From Octopus vulgaris (lineage: Eukaryota), in NCBI GenBank assembly GCA_951406725.2, contig OX597820.1, positions 41,664,001 through 41,728,000 on the forward strand: a stretch of DNA of 64,000 bases. Reading direction: 5' to 3'. Shown one piece after another: positions 1-15,129 of the stretch. The first letter of the stretch is position 1. Every line of letters starts with the position of its first letter. Made by a program: the position numbers and the translations under genes. The notes below the pieces were generated by a model. It did not search any database. It worked only from the letters and a program-made list of their open reading frames with translations, and was not told the origin of the DNA.

Positions 1-89
1 ACCACTCCAGCTATTTGATAATTTTCAATTTAAGCAAATAACTAGCAGTTTTGATAATAGTAGGTTCGTCTGTTACAATGATACCAGTA

Positions 90-227
90 ACTGACTGGTA
101 TTTTATTTTATCGGTACTGAAACGTAATTTGACCCCAGTAGTATTTGAACCCAAAACGTAAAATTTCGGAATAATAACTGTCGGGCATTTTGTCCGACGC
201 CCTAATGACTTCACCGATTCGCCACCC
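90..227 (-). mobile_element. Degenerate SINE family B fragment
   Basis: Reverse complement aligns loosely to the family B head (GGCGAATCGGTGAAGTCATTAG...GGGTTCAAATAC...GATAAAATAAAATACCAG). Confidence 0.6.
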
Positions 228-354
228 TTAAAAATTGTTCGTAGTATAGGTTCAAGGGAGTGGGGTGTGTTAATATAGAACATTGTTTTTGCTGGATTTG
301 AACACAAAACGTACACAGCTGGGATAAAATCTACAAGGCAATATTTCCGACGCT

Positions 355-556
355 CGTTAGAATCGTTAGCACGCCGGGTAAAATGCTTAGCGGCGTTTCG
401 TCCCTCTTAAGGTTGTGAGTTCAAATTCCGTCGGGGTCGACTTTAATTTTCATCCTTTTTGGGCCGATAAAATAAATACCAGTTCATCACTGGAGTCGAT
501 GTAATCGACTGAGTTCCTTTCCAGGAAATTGCTGGCCTTGTGCCAATATTTGAAAT
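355..556 (+). mobile_element. SINE family B (tRNA-like head + Meta-type domain), B2 tail, 5'-truncated, with 16-bp TSD
   Basis: B-box GAGTTCAAATTCC, domain GTCGACTTT..TTTCATCCTTT..GATAAAATAAATACCAG and tail GCTGGCCTTGTGCCAATATTTGAAA. Perfect direct repeat CAATATTTCCGACGCT at 339-354 and 557-572. Confidence 0.9.
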
Positions 557-992
557 CAATATTTCCGACGCTTTGACGATTTCGTCAATTTGTGGCCTTA
601 TAAAATAATTAAAAGAAGAAAAATGAAATATCAACTCAGAATGTAAAAGTTGCTTAGATATTACCGGCTTTAAGGATTTGGCAAAACCTGGGGTTCATAT
701 AATAGTACTTTCTAACATAAGCACACGGTTAGAAGTTTCGTAGGAAGAGACAAGTTCTATTATATAGGCTGCCCTACTTGAAAGGTAAATAACATCGTCA
801 GGCATGAAAGTATGAAAGACAAAGAAGTCGGCATTTGCGGAATCCGAACTAAAAATAAAAAGCAAAAAGACGACACTAAATAACGCATGGTATTTCTTCT
901 GATGCTCGACCGATTCTGTCACTCCAATACCCTAAATGCTATTTCTTATAAGAAAATCAGAAGCATTTGATGTTGGTCAAATATTGGATTTA

Positions 993-1070
993 AAACAACA
1001 ACAGCATTATCGAGAGCAGGAGTAACAGAAACAACAACAACAGCATTATCAAGAGCAGGAGTAACAGAAA
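993..1070. repeat. Two-copy tandem duplication (~37-bp unit) in an (AAC)n context
   Basis: AACAACAACAGCATTATC(G/A)AGAGCAGGAGTAACAGA occurs twice in tandem. Confidence 0.85.
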
Positions 1071-1283
1071 CAATAACAACAAGATCTACAACAACAACAA
1101 TAACAACAACAACAACAACACACATTCAAACAAACGAACAGGAAATTCAAATACAAAGGAAATGAAGGAAAAAATATGAAAACATTGTTATTGGATAGAA
1201 ACGATATAAACAGCTCTTAATGGGATATGCATCCATTAAATAAATGTGTATATTTTGTGAGTATGTGTATATAAAATTATGTA

Positions 1284-1333
<50 letters not shown>

Positions 1334-1727
1334 AAGATAGAGACAAGAGCAGAAGCATAGAAGCACATACATACATGTATGTAAGTATACATTCATACGC
1401 ACACATATGCATGCAGACTTAGGCGTATGCAGACTTACACATACGTGTATCTTAATACATTTATGTTTATCTGAGCGTATTACTATACTATACGTGTACG
1501 CATGTGTGAATATATTACATGTGTGTGTGTGTGCGTGCGTGTCTATGTAAGTGTGTGTGTATGTGTGAGTGTGTGTGTGTGTGTGTGTGAGTGTGTGTGT
1601 AAATATATTAATCTACATAAATATATATTTTCGCAAACAATTGTATTATACAAGACAGTAAGCGTCTATATATATTTAGGTAGACACTTCATATTCACAG
1701 ATATATACACGTCTCATCGAGCTTTAT

Positions 1728-1765
<38 letters not shown>

Positions 1766-2390
1766 TGTCTGTGTCTGTGCATGTATTTATGTATGTATGA
1801 ATGTGTATGTGTGAGTGTGTGTATGTATGTGCGTTTGTGTGTGTGTGCGTGCGTGTGTGTGTGTGTGTGTGTGTTTGTCGATATGTACAAATGTAAAAAT
1901 ACGGATATATATACATTATAGGTACATACATATATTTTTTTAAATATATACAACAAATATGTATAAAACTTATATCTTAAAGGAAACAGAAGAAAAATGT
2001 AGAAATGAAAGAAAAAAATACGAAGAGAGTGCGAGTGAGCGATAGAAAAAGGGAATAAAATTGGAGAAAGGCTGATAGAGAGAGAGAGATAGACCGAGAG
2101 AGACAGACCGACATAGACTGGGAGAAAAAGAAAGATACTGAGGAGGCGGTGTAATTGGTGGACATCAGTAGTCTTCATAACAAGATAGTAATAGTGTTTA
2201 CGTTGATAGAACAGCATTGATCTGAAGGGTACAATTGTTTCGGTCCTTTCTGAAAATGGAACATTGAGAGACACTGAGTGAGAAGAATGAAAGGGAGAGG
2301 AAAAGTGTTGTGAGGAAGTAATAAGAGAGGAGTTGGGGGAGGGAATATATAAAGAAGGAAGGAAAGGGAATTATATATATACATATATAT

Positions 2391-2444
<54 letters not shown>

Positions 2445-3325
2445 GTAAAAAAATAATTAAATAAAGTATTTATAAAAAAGAAGCAGATAGAAAGAATTAA
2501 AAGCAACTAACAAACTTTCCCCTCCTGAGTTCTGGGAAGATTAACCTCTAGCTGTACAAACCATTATCGTGAATTGTGGAATATATCTTTTCAGAGATGA
2601 ACCATTATGATATAGCGTACGATAACTCATAATAACATTCAGGTAACTTTTAATGGGAATATAAGTATTTGTTGAAAGACATCTTGTATAGCATAACCTC
2701 TGTTATAGACGCACACATAAATGTACATAGAAACACACATACAGACAGTGTGTGTATGTATGAATGCATGTATATATATGTTTTGTTTGCATGTATGCAT
2801 ATATGAGTATGACTATATGTATATATGTGTATGTGTGTGTGTGTGTGTGAGATGAAAACTTAACATTTGCATATTTGTATATGAATGTACAATTATAAAT
2901 CGATATTCATACAGATACAAGTGTATCTTATCTATACACATATATATACCGAAATGCAATCATACGCTCCTGCAGACAGTTTGAGTACGTGGGCACGTGA
3001 TTATACAGGCACGCATACATACATACATACATGCATACATACATACATACATACATACATACATACATACATACATACATACATACATACATACATACAT
3101 ACATACATACGTACGTACATAAAAACATATTGATTATTTAGGTCGAGTTTATAGCATATAGAACTCTGGAGTTTCTCCCGTATGTTGTTCCTTCCTAATA
3201 TAACACATGTCCTGTGTTGTCTTTGAGGAAACGATTACAAGGGAAATCTTCAGAAGAATAGATACCTAAATCAGTCTAAATTATTTATTGCATTCTACGT
3301 TTTACTCTAGACGTATACGCATACA

Positions 3326-3622
3326 GGCGCAGGAGTGGCTGTGTGGTAAGTAGCTTGCTAACCAACCACGTGGTTCCGGGTTCAGTCCCACTGCGTGGCA
3401 TCTTGGGCAAGTGTCTACTGCTATAGCCCCGGTTCGACCAATGCCTTGTGAGTGTATATATATGCTATAAACTCGACCTAAATAATCAATATGTTTTTAT
3501 GTACGTATGTATGTATGTATGTATGTATGTATGTATGTATGTATGTATGTATGTATGTATGTATGTGTGTATGTATGTATGTATGTATGTAGACGGAAAC
3601 TGAAAGAAGCCTGTCGTATATA

Positions 3623-3667
<45 letters not shown>

Positions 3668-3885
3668 GTGTGTATATGTTTGTGTGTCTGTGTTTGTTCC
3701 CCTAGCATTGCTTGACAACCGATGCTGGTGTGTTTACGTCCCCGTCACTGAGCGGTTCGGCAAAAAGAGACCAATAGAATAAGTACTGGGCTTACAAAAA
3801 GAATAAATCCCGGGGTCGAGTTGCTCGACTAAAAGGTAGTGCTCCAGCATAGCCGCAGTCAAATGACTGAAACAAGTAAAAGAGT
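3326..3885 (+). mobile_element. SINE family A, full length, with an inserted inverted copy of upstream flank
   Basis: Head GGCGCAGGAGTGGCTGTGTGGTAAG (A-box), GGTTCAGTCCC (B-box), CTTGGGCAAGT motif, internal (TA)/(TG) microsatellite, 3' end CAGTCAAATGACTGAAACAAGTAAAAGAGT. Matches many other copies in the window. Confidence 0.92.
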
Positions 3886-4637
3886 ATGCATATTTATATG
3901 ACTTAACAAGCCGAAACTTGAAGACCCAGTCAATTTGATTTTCACAAGTTTCTCTCCAAGTACAGACACAAAACATTTGTTAGTGTCTTGTTATTACTTT
4001 TAATAGTGCTTTAAAATAATTAACGTATTTTAACATTTACTAGTCGGTAAGCAGCTGCGATAGGGTTAAACATCCGCAACAAGAATGGAATTTATATATT
4101 CTATCCAAGAACCGTATATTCTGCTAGCTAAATCTGTCAATTTCATAGTGATTGCTCTAATGTCCTTAGTAATGCATGGATAATTTAACTCCCTATTGTT
4201 TTAGCAGATGGAATCAATTAGTATGATTATTCTTTCTTGGGTACCCATGTATCGTTTATCAGTTACCTATGCATAATATATTTAATGTAAAGTGGATATA
4301 GCATTTATAGACATGTTGAAAATTATGATTCTTTGGTAATTATTTTATCCATTCATCACAATGCAACAAATTAAGCAAGTTGCCATAAGAGATCTTTTTT
4401 TTTTTTTTCCCCTGGAGCTTATATGTTTCCAAATTTAAAATATATTTTCTTCTTTTCCTACAGTTATATATTTCCGCTTGATCTTCAAGTAATAAAAAAA
4501 AAGAAGCTACATCTTAATAGTGAACGTCAATGTGTGTGTGTATGAGGGAGAGAAAGAAAGATTTTGTGTGTATGAGTGTGTGTGTGAGTGTATGAGGGTG
4601 TATGTGCGCGTGTGTGTGCATGTGTGTGTGTACATAT

Positions 4638-4962
4638 CTTTTACCTATTTTTACTTGTTTCAGTCAGACTGCTGTCATGTTGGGGCACCACTTTGAAGAA
4701 TTTTAATCGAACAAATCGACTGCATTACTAACTTACTTTTTTTTAAACTCCTGATATGTATTCTTCGCTGAACCGCTAAGTTACGTAAGCGTAAACACAC
4801 CAAAATAGGTTGGTAGCGGTAGTGAGGATTAGAGCATTTTAGTTCTTATTTCTCGCAATGTACGTGTTTCTAACACCCTAGTTACATTTAGTGATGATTA
4901 TAACTTTCCTTTTTGGTGAAACATTGCAAACTGCTGTCTGCATTACTAGACAGCAGTTTGCA

Positions 4963-5000
<38 letters not shown>

Positions 5001-5163
5001 GACTACCTTCTTCCGGTTAACGTCTACCAAATCCACTCACAAGTCTTTTGTCTGATTGGGGGTATAAAAGAAATCACTTGCCCAAGATGCCACGCACTGG
5101 GACTGGAAGCAGAACCATGTAGTTTGGAAGCAAACTTCTTACCACACAGCCACGCCTACGCCT
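4638..5163 (-). mobile_element. SINE family A, diverged, interrupted by a ~140-bp insertion ending in a hairpin
   Basis: The 3' part (4638-4825) and 5' part (4999-5163) align to family A; unrelated sequence lies at ~4830-4966. Confidence 0.8.
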
Positions 5164-6274
5164 ATATGTATGTGTGTGACTGTGTGTGAGCGTGTTTCTA
5201 TGCTTGTATATATGTACTTGTGTATATATGTGTGTGTGTATTTGTGAGTGTGTTAATTGTTTGCTTGTGCGTGTGCCTGTGTGTGAATACCTGGCTTGAG
5301 ACCATAGGCGTAACAATTCATATCTTAGACATGGCCTTTGATTTCTAGTTTAGCGCTACTTGACGATACACAATCTAATCCCTAGCGATCTATGATAAAT
5401 GATGTTCTATCTATTTCAGATGTCCCCCAAACCATTCTCTCCCTATTACATTCCTTCTCTTTCTTTAATTTTCACTGTTATTAGTTAATCTTCAGACGTA
5501 AATTCCTTGCATGACTCATCGAATTGGGTATAAGATATTTTTCTTTCACATCACTCATTTGAAATACGAAACAGTGATCATGGTTCGAACCGAATAATTT
5601 AATCTTAGTTTCAATCCTCCTTTAAAGCAGAGATCATATTAACTTTACCGAGTCTTCCATAGTTTCCAGCGGTAGACTCTGTTTCAAAACGAAGTTCTGA
5701 ACATTAAAAGAATTCTTCTTACAAGGAATATTACTCGAGAAATATCTCATATGTCTTGAACTTTCATTCAAACTTAATGTAGCCGAAGGAGAAAATGTAA
5801 ACGTTGCATCTTTTGCGATAATAGAACGTCTTTGAGTAATGTGAAATCTATATTTAGGTCTTTTGAAGATCCGAACATAAAAAAGGCGAATCCATTTTCA
5901 ATCTTGAGGTTTATTCATTGTGTTCAGATCGAGGTTAATAACCCCGAGGCTAAGAGATCGATTCAATCGGAATTCTATCCAACAATCTCCAGAAAGCTGA
6001 TGTCATAATATGTCAACACCATCAGACTTAGCTGATATGAGAAAAGTATGTCCGTTCTGAAATGATTTTTCTTCGATTGCTGCCGCAGAATGTAGGAGAC
6101 ACTAAAGTTCTGAGGAAATGAGAGAAGTCAGAAGGTATGTGATAGATATGTTGCTGAAAAATTGTTAAAAATCTCTCCCAAAATTAATTAGTGGAAAAGA
6201 ACATCCAAAAGCAATAATAAAAGAATAATTATTTTTATACAGACATTTCTGCTAAATTGTAATTATTGTTACTG

Positions 6275-6480
6275 TATTGGTTTCAAATGTTAGCACATGT
6301 CCAGTGATTTCAGGAAAGAAGCTTAGTCGATATCCCATCGATGCCAGTTCTCAACAGGAATATATATTTGATCGTCCCCGTCGATCTTGGAGGAATTTGA
6401 ACTCAAAATTTTAAGACTGACTAAATGCCGTGATGCATTTTGTCCGGCTTTCCTACAATTTTTCCAGTTCGCTGCCTTGC
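6275..6480 (-). mobile_element. Degenerate SINE family B (B2 tail)
   Basis: TTGGTTTCAAATGTTAGCACA...GGAGGAATTTGAACTCA...GCATTTTGTCCGG...TCGCTGCC is the reverse complement of family B. Confidence 0.7.
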
Positions 6481-6761
6481 GTTGCAAGAATATATCACGT
6501 GGTAGACATGTTAGAATGGGAATGTTTAAATTGTATGTGTTTGAGAGCCGGGTTGAAGTATAGCTTTCTCAGCCTGAATAGGGGCAATTATTCTTGGAAA
6601 TCTTATTTATAATGTATGTCAAATTAATTGGGAAAAGGATTAATATACATCATAACAGCGTTATTAACAAAAGAGGGTGGAAATGTATAGGAGACATAAG
6701 TAAAGGTTTTATATGTAGGAAAAATGCAACAATGGAGTTGTGTGTGTGTATGTGTGTGTAT

Positions 6762-6840
6762 ATATATATATACGCATTTATTCTTCCGATTTCGATAAAT
6801 CGATATATATATGCTTTTATTCCTCCGATTTTGATAAAAT
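6762..6840. repeat. Two-copy tandem duplication (~38 bp)
   Basis: ATATATAyGCwTTTATTCyTCCGATTTyGATAAA occurs twice. Confidence 0.75.
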
Positions 6841-7014
6841 AATGTATCATTTAAGTACTGGTGTCGGTTTAATTTACTAAGGCCTCTCCTCCGATTTCTA
6901 ACCTTGTGCCTATGTAAGAACCTAACCTAATGAGTGGCTATCTTATGTGTTTCGTTATGTCTCAAGCATATTTGAACCGGAAACATATTAGTATTTATAC
7001 ATATCATTGTTTAG

Positions 7015-7228
7015 CGATTTTGTACTGTACAAGGCCAGCAGTTTCAAGGAGAGAGTATGTTGACTACATCGAACCCTGTGCTCAGCTGGTACTTATTTCA
7101 TGGGGCCCTCACTTCCAAATGGATGGAAAGCAAAGTCGGCTACGGCGGAATTTTAACTCAGAATGTAAACACGGACGAAATTCGCTAAGCATTTTGACAG
7201 GCGTACTTACGATTCTGCCACCTTGCCA
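7015..7228 (-). mobile_element. SINE family B (B2 tail)
   Basis: ACAAGGCCAGCA...CTGGTACTTATTT...GCAAAGTCGG...GGCGGAATTTTAACTCAGAA...CGATTCTGCCA. Confidence 0.8.
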
Positions 7229-7254
7229 TCTTAACCCAAACTAATAGAGGTTTT

Positions 7255-7462
7255 AAATTTCAGCACAGTGTCAGCGATTTCGGGTAAGGGTCTAGGTCAA
7301 TTGCATCGACCACGATGCTCAACTGGTACTTATTTTTACGGAGTCTGAAAGGATAAAATGCAAAGTCGACCCCGGCGGAATCTGAACTCAGATTTTAAAA
7401 CGACAGACGAAATGCCGCTAAATATTTTGCCCGTCGTGCTAACGATTCTGCCAACTCGCTAT
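7255..7462 (-). mobile_element. SINE family B (B2 tail), in tandem with the previous copy
   Basis: CTGGTACTTATTT...GAAAGGATAAAATGCAAAGTCGACCCCGGCGGAATCTGAACTCAG...GCTAACGATTCTGCCAACTCGC. Confidence 0.85.
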
Positions 7463-8199
7463 CTTAACTTAACCTAATAATATTATCAAGACTGTGAATG
7501 TGGTTGCAAAAGTAAGTACCTGAGCTAAATAAATGTTTAATATCACTCATTTCCATCAATACAATTTTCGAAGCTCAAATATTCTTAATTCCACTTATTC
7601 ACTTGGGCTGATTCAATCGACTTCTCTCTTTCATAGTTGAAGCCATGTATCGGCGTATAAAATCTACGTTACTATTAAATTGTACTGAAAATAAAATTTC
7701 AACTGCAGGTGAAGCGTAATTTGATTAATTGACCAAATTTAGTAAAAACACTTGACCTTCATTCTGCCATGATCAAACGGTATTTCAAATGAGAAAATGC
7801 TGATGTTTTTCTAACATTTAATTTAGCTATCATTTGTAAATATTAAATTTTTTGCTATTCTTCTTTCGTGCAATGTAAAAATATAATAAAGCAAGCTATT
7901 CCACGTATTGTAGGTTTGCGTTCACACGAAATAAAATAATGTGTATAGCAATGCACTACTTGGAGTTTGAATCAGTTACTCCAGGGATGACTTGTAAAAT
8001 TGTTTTAGAATTTTTATTGAGAAAAATCTTTATATTTAGTATTTTCTAATTTTGACATATTGTATCACAGCTTAGTACTTTAGATGTTGACATGGATTTC
8101 TCGATTACATGAAAAAAAAAATCGAGTTACTTTAAAAGAAGTCGACCATCGAACTTGAAAGCAAGTGTAAAAAAGAAATATTGTTTCTGTCATTTTATT

Positions 8200-8323
8200 G
8201 TTGACATCATCGTCGCCATCATCATCATCATCATCAACATCATCATTATCACCAGAATCGCCGTCATTATCATCAATGTCGTCGTCGTCGTCGTCATCAT
8301 CCTCATCATCACTGTCATCACCG

Positions 8324-8372
<49 letters not shown>

Positions 8373-8385
8373 TATCATCATCAAT
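8200..8385. repeat. Compound (CAT)n/(CGT)n triplet microsatellite
   Basis: Directly visible. Confidence 0.95.
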
Positions 8386-8599
8386 ACTTGACATTATTGA
8401 AGTCGATGGAATTGCATTAACGTTTGACGATTATATCTGATATCATATGCCCTGATAATGTGGTGTTAAATCCTGCATGAGTAGACTTTGCCTTTCATCC
8501 TTTTAAGGCATCAGTAAATGACACCTCCTGGGATCCATTCAACAAACGCTTGGTATCGTGCCAATGTAAGAAATCAAAGCGTGTCGTTAACGTTGTAAT

Positions 8600-9320
8600 A
8601 TAACATAAGGTTAATACTGAATGAACAGAAGTATGATCCAAGGCTTTCCTTCCACGACTACCCTGTCATTAGTTTAAGCATACTAAATCTGTTGCTATAT
8701 TATCTAATGTGACTGACCTTCATTCATTTTTTAAGACAGCTTCCAATGTCGTACAAGGTGACTTCGATAAAACAGATACGTGATCGAAGGTACTCTAGCC
8801 ACGATCATCCCATCGTTCATAAGATTACTAAATTACATTACCTAATATATCATTTTCCTTTTTAAAACATATGAGGGCATTTAAGGTAGATTTTGTTGCC
8901 AATTTGTAGCAATTCTAGCGATGAGGTAGTGATGCTTACGCTTGGTCTAGATGTTTCCGGCAATACTCTCTACGTACTATTATTCTGTTGATGTCACCCA
9001 CTGACACTGCAGTGGTTAAGCCGCTTCTATTGATCTTAGTATTGTAGTATTTACTGCTGCCATAGTTATCACATTTGTTGAAAAGGTAGTTAAATACTTT
9101 TTTTTCCTGGCGGAGGTAGTTGGGGATCCAGGCTGGTTCTGCTACATCAGACATATGATGAAAGGCATTGAAGCAAAAGCACTGCATGTTTAGTGTTATT
9201 TCAGAGTATATTATTTAATGTGTCTTCCCTTTTTCTTTTAAGGCAGTAAAGTGTGATTTTTAAATAGATTTAGTTGCTATTTCTTGCAAATTAAGTGACC
9301 ATACTGAGAATGCCTCATTA
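8600..9320 (+). mobile_element. Old dispersed repeat (family E), several degenerate sub-copies
   Basis: The motifs TGATC.AAGG...TCC..CCACGA..A.CCC.TC and GTGATTT.A.G.AGATTT.G.TGC.ATTT..AGCA recur here and at ~14160-14330, ~24870-24930, ~25655-25720 and ~37945-37980 (minus). Confidence 0.5.
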
Positions 9321-9862
9321 GCTTGCTTCTTGAAGTTGTCATCGTCGTAGATACCGATGTTATTGAAGTTACAAGTGTAATCATTGTTGCTGTGAATGTT
9401 GTGAATGATCTTTCTGATATTATTCGTTGGCTTGCTATTGCTGTTATTATTGAAATTTCAATTTGCCAATGCTGTATTTCTTGTTGTTTTGCTTGATGTT
9501 GTTGTTGTTTTCGTTTTTAAAATTCATACTAATTTTTATGCAGGTTTTGTTCTCCTTCCAAATAGTTTTACACAGTTGTTGTTATAGTTGAAGTTGTCTG
9601 TACAGCCGTGGTATATATTTATATATATATATGTTGTTGTACGAATGGTGTATGTTATGGATTTTGTTGTTGTTGATGATATTATTGTTTTTGTTATTGT
9701 TATTGTTGTTGTTGAAAAATACCGTTTATAAATGGAAAAGCTGACACTAAAGTTGAGCTAAAGAATCATTCCAACGATGTGTAATCGTAAACTGTGTAAC
9801 CTTAAGCTGACTTTGAATTATTACCACAGCTGATAAATTGCAAGATTTAGCAACAGACGTAC

Positions 9863-9871
9863 CTCAAAGAA
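9863..9871 (-). other. Candidate 9-nt microexon (TTCTTTGAG; Phe-Phe-Glu if phase 0)
   Basis: Minus strand reads ctttttatttaattcctttctgcag|TTCTTTGAG|gtacgt: a good polypyrimidine acceptor, a GAG|GT donor, a frame-preserving length, in unique sequence. Confidence 0.35.
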
Positions 9872-10067
9872 CTGCAGAAAGGAATTAAATAAAAAGAGGT
9901 ATGGGCAAAGTGCGAATTGTGAAAAAGAAGAAGAAAACAATCAAAAACAAAAAAAAATTTAAGGTTCAAAATGAAAGAAAACTAAACTACAAATGGATGA
10001 CAAAATGGATTCCCCGACAAAATATTAGATTTATTCCTCTTCCTCCTCCCTCTACCTCATACTCCAA

Positions 10068-12263
<2,196 letters not shown>

Positions 12264-12661
12264 CATGCAATCCTGTGAATTCATCAGTCAACCACAAGGG
12301 AAAGTTATAATTTGTAAAAGGTTTTAGGCAATTATTTTGCGCTTTTGGTGCCATAAATAGAGTTAGCAGATTAATTGGTCGTGTATCATCGAAGATTCAT
12401 GACTGGCCGACAGAGGTCGACACTGGTAAAAAAAAAAACAAAATCTATAAAAATAACTAAAAGCAAAAATAGGAAAGGTAACAAACAAGAATGTTTAGCT
12501 TAATCTAATGGTTAGGTAGTAAGCTATGAGACTTTTGAGTGGAAACTTTCAATATCGTTTTTCGTTGTCGCCATTACTCTTTCTTATTCATTCCAGACCA
12601 TGCAGTCTATGTTTATTGGCAAGTGTGTTCGTGAGGTAGTGTTGCGTTGTCCTGGTGAATT

Positions 12662-12697
<36 letters not shown>

Positions 12698-14955
12698 ACT
12701 TAGTCGGTGAGTCACGATTTAAAGTCCCCACCTTAATTCTATCTTATGGCATGAGACTTAAAGGTACATCATTCCTCTACCACGCTTCAAGGAATTGATT
12801 AAAATAACAAGTATAATATATATGTGTGTGCGTGTGTGTACGAATGCATGTGTGTCTGTTTGTGTGTGTATGTATGTGTGTGTGTGTGTGTGTGTGTGTA
12901 AGGGCAAAATGTCATTTTGAATGTACGTAAGTACTGCATGGGAAATGCTGGAATACAAACTGTTTCGTATAGCGTGTTTTGATGTTATTTTATGTCACAG
13001 ATGTAAACTCGACGACAAGTGGTTAACATTTTGTTAAAAATGATTTATGAAATATTTGTGATGTATAGATATATAGACGAAGATGAACAGGAATGGTATG
13101 AAATTAAGTAAGTTCGATTTATGAATATATCGATTTTATAGAATCTCGCTGTACAATGATAGTATCACAGTTACTGATACTTATTAATTGAAATATGGAA
13201 TCTACCATATAAGATCCGATAGCAGTATGGGAATAAAAGAAATGTGTGTAGAAGAGCTGAGTTGTGTATAGCTCGATGTGTGATGCATAAAAAACTAATT
13301 CTGCGTAGGTGATTGTAGATAATAAACAGCAACATGAGGGAATATAGAAAATTGTGTAAACTTATCTATGCAGACAGATGGTACTTGGTTATTTGTATGC
13401 TATAGATGAAAAATGAAATTAACCTTTTTGATATATGATGTAGATATTCTCTTTTCCTGATCGACAACTAAACGAAGTCTGGAGGTGATAATTTAGATGT
13501 GACTTGAGATAGGTTTATAAGAATATATAATGAAGTTATGGAAATGTAAAGATGAAACTGTGGTTGATAATTTAAGGTTGTTTAATTATAATAGTATGAG
13601 AACAATTGCAGTTAATGGATTCAACTCCAGGTTTGTGTTGATACTTATGTTTTAAGCTTAATGAGATGATAGACATTACTCATGAGATTTTAAACATGAA
13701 CGGTGACAGAATAAACACGATAATTTTGGCCTGTATCTGCGTCAAAACAACTTGTAAGACACTGATAATTATGTTTCTTCTGCTGAAGTACAAGCTGAAT
13801 TTAGTAAAGGTTTGACTGAGAGAAGAAATAATTGATTCTGGTAATTTGCTAGTATTTATATTACAAAATTATGGAGAAACGCAAGACTTAATTGACTCCC
13901 ATTAGATTACAAGCAGTAAGCAGCACACTAGATAGTGCAGGCTATCAACTGTACTGCCGAAATATATGAGCTTTCCTCTGAGGACGAATGTTATAGAGAA
14001 TAATGCTAACTTGATATAGCGTAGAGAGACGATATTGGCCAAATTACAAAGGTGTCAGCTTTTAGTCCAACTAGTTAAAATTACATATGTCATTGACCTC
14101 GCATTGTATCTGGCAAGAGCGAAAATCATCTGTTCTGTTGGTAAGTGTAGTTCTAGTTCAGCACTGATCGATTCGATCTGTGTATGTATATAAAGACTAC
14201 TAGTCATGGCTTGGTTAGAGAAAGAAGGACAGCGTTCAATGTCATTTTTTTTAGGTCATTCAGAAACTTGAGTCTGAACAGAAGATTAGAAAAGTTCTCT
14301 AGCAGAGACTTGATTTAAGTGCTAGCAAAGAGAAGGACGTCGCCAAACGTACTCTTCGGCTATGTAAAATCTAGTTTGGAAAAGATTAGTCTACTATTAT
14401 TTCTAACAGTAAACTTGTGAATCTCCGGAGTTCATTATTTAAAGGTGTACATAAGATCCCTATACACGAGGCCGGGCATTCGATGTAAGTTGCTGATAAG
14501 CGTATTGGATTCTTTCGTAACTTACTGAAGTTTATGTGTGTGCGCGCGTGTGTGTGTATGTGTCTGTGTGTGCGTGCGTGCGTGTGTGCATTGAAGATAC
14601 GTACACACACATACATGGTTCCCTTTCTCTATCATGTTCACAATGTCCATCTTACTTCCTCTGCCCCTGAACAGGTATATATGCGTTCACGTATGCTTAA
14701 TTTTATATATGTTTCTGTGAGTGTGCTGTGCGTGAGCATGTGAGTTGAGACAAATATTGTGAACGGTCATGTGGCGCTATACAATGAAAAAAAATTACAG
14801 AATTTTCTCTACTATAGTATGACCACACTTATATGATCATACTGTATATAATATAATATAGCAAAATAATATAATGATATAATAAAATATGAATACACAC
14901 ACTAGTACACATATAAGCACACACACTCACAGAGATAAATCTGTACATATACATG

Positions 14956-14990
<35 letters not shown>

Positions 14991-15000
14991 GCTCATATAT

Positions 15001-15071
<71 letters not shown>

Positions 15072-15092
15072 TATATATTTATATATGTAGTT

Positions 15093-15129
<37 letters not shown>

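Noticed and set aside
695-922. 75-aa non-repetitive ORF
   Set aside because: No recognisable motif, GTG start and weak donor; consistent with chance.
2595-2642. Plus-strand AG...GT bounded 48-nt segment
   Set aside because: Stop codons in all three frames; it could only be a non-coding exon and there is no other support.
6089-6134. Plus-strand exon-like segment with AAG|GTATGT donor
   Set aside because: Stops in all three frames.
12561-12570. TTCGTTGTCG, like the 5' end of miR-981
   Set aside because: Only 10 nt match and there is no complementary arm.
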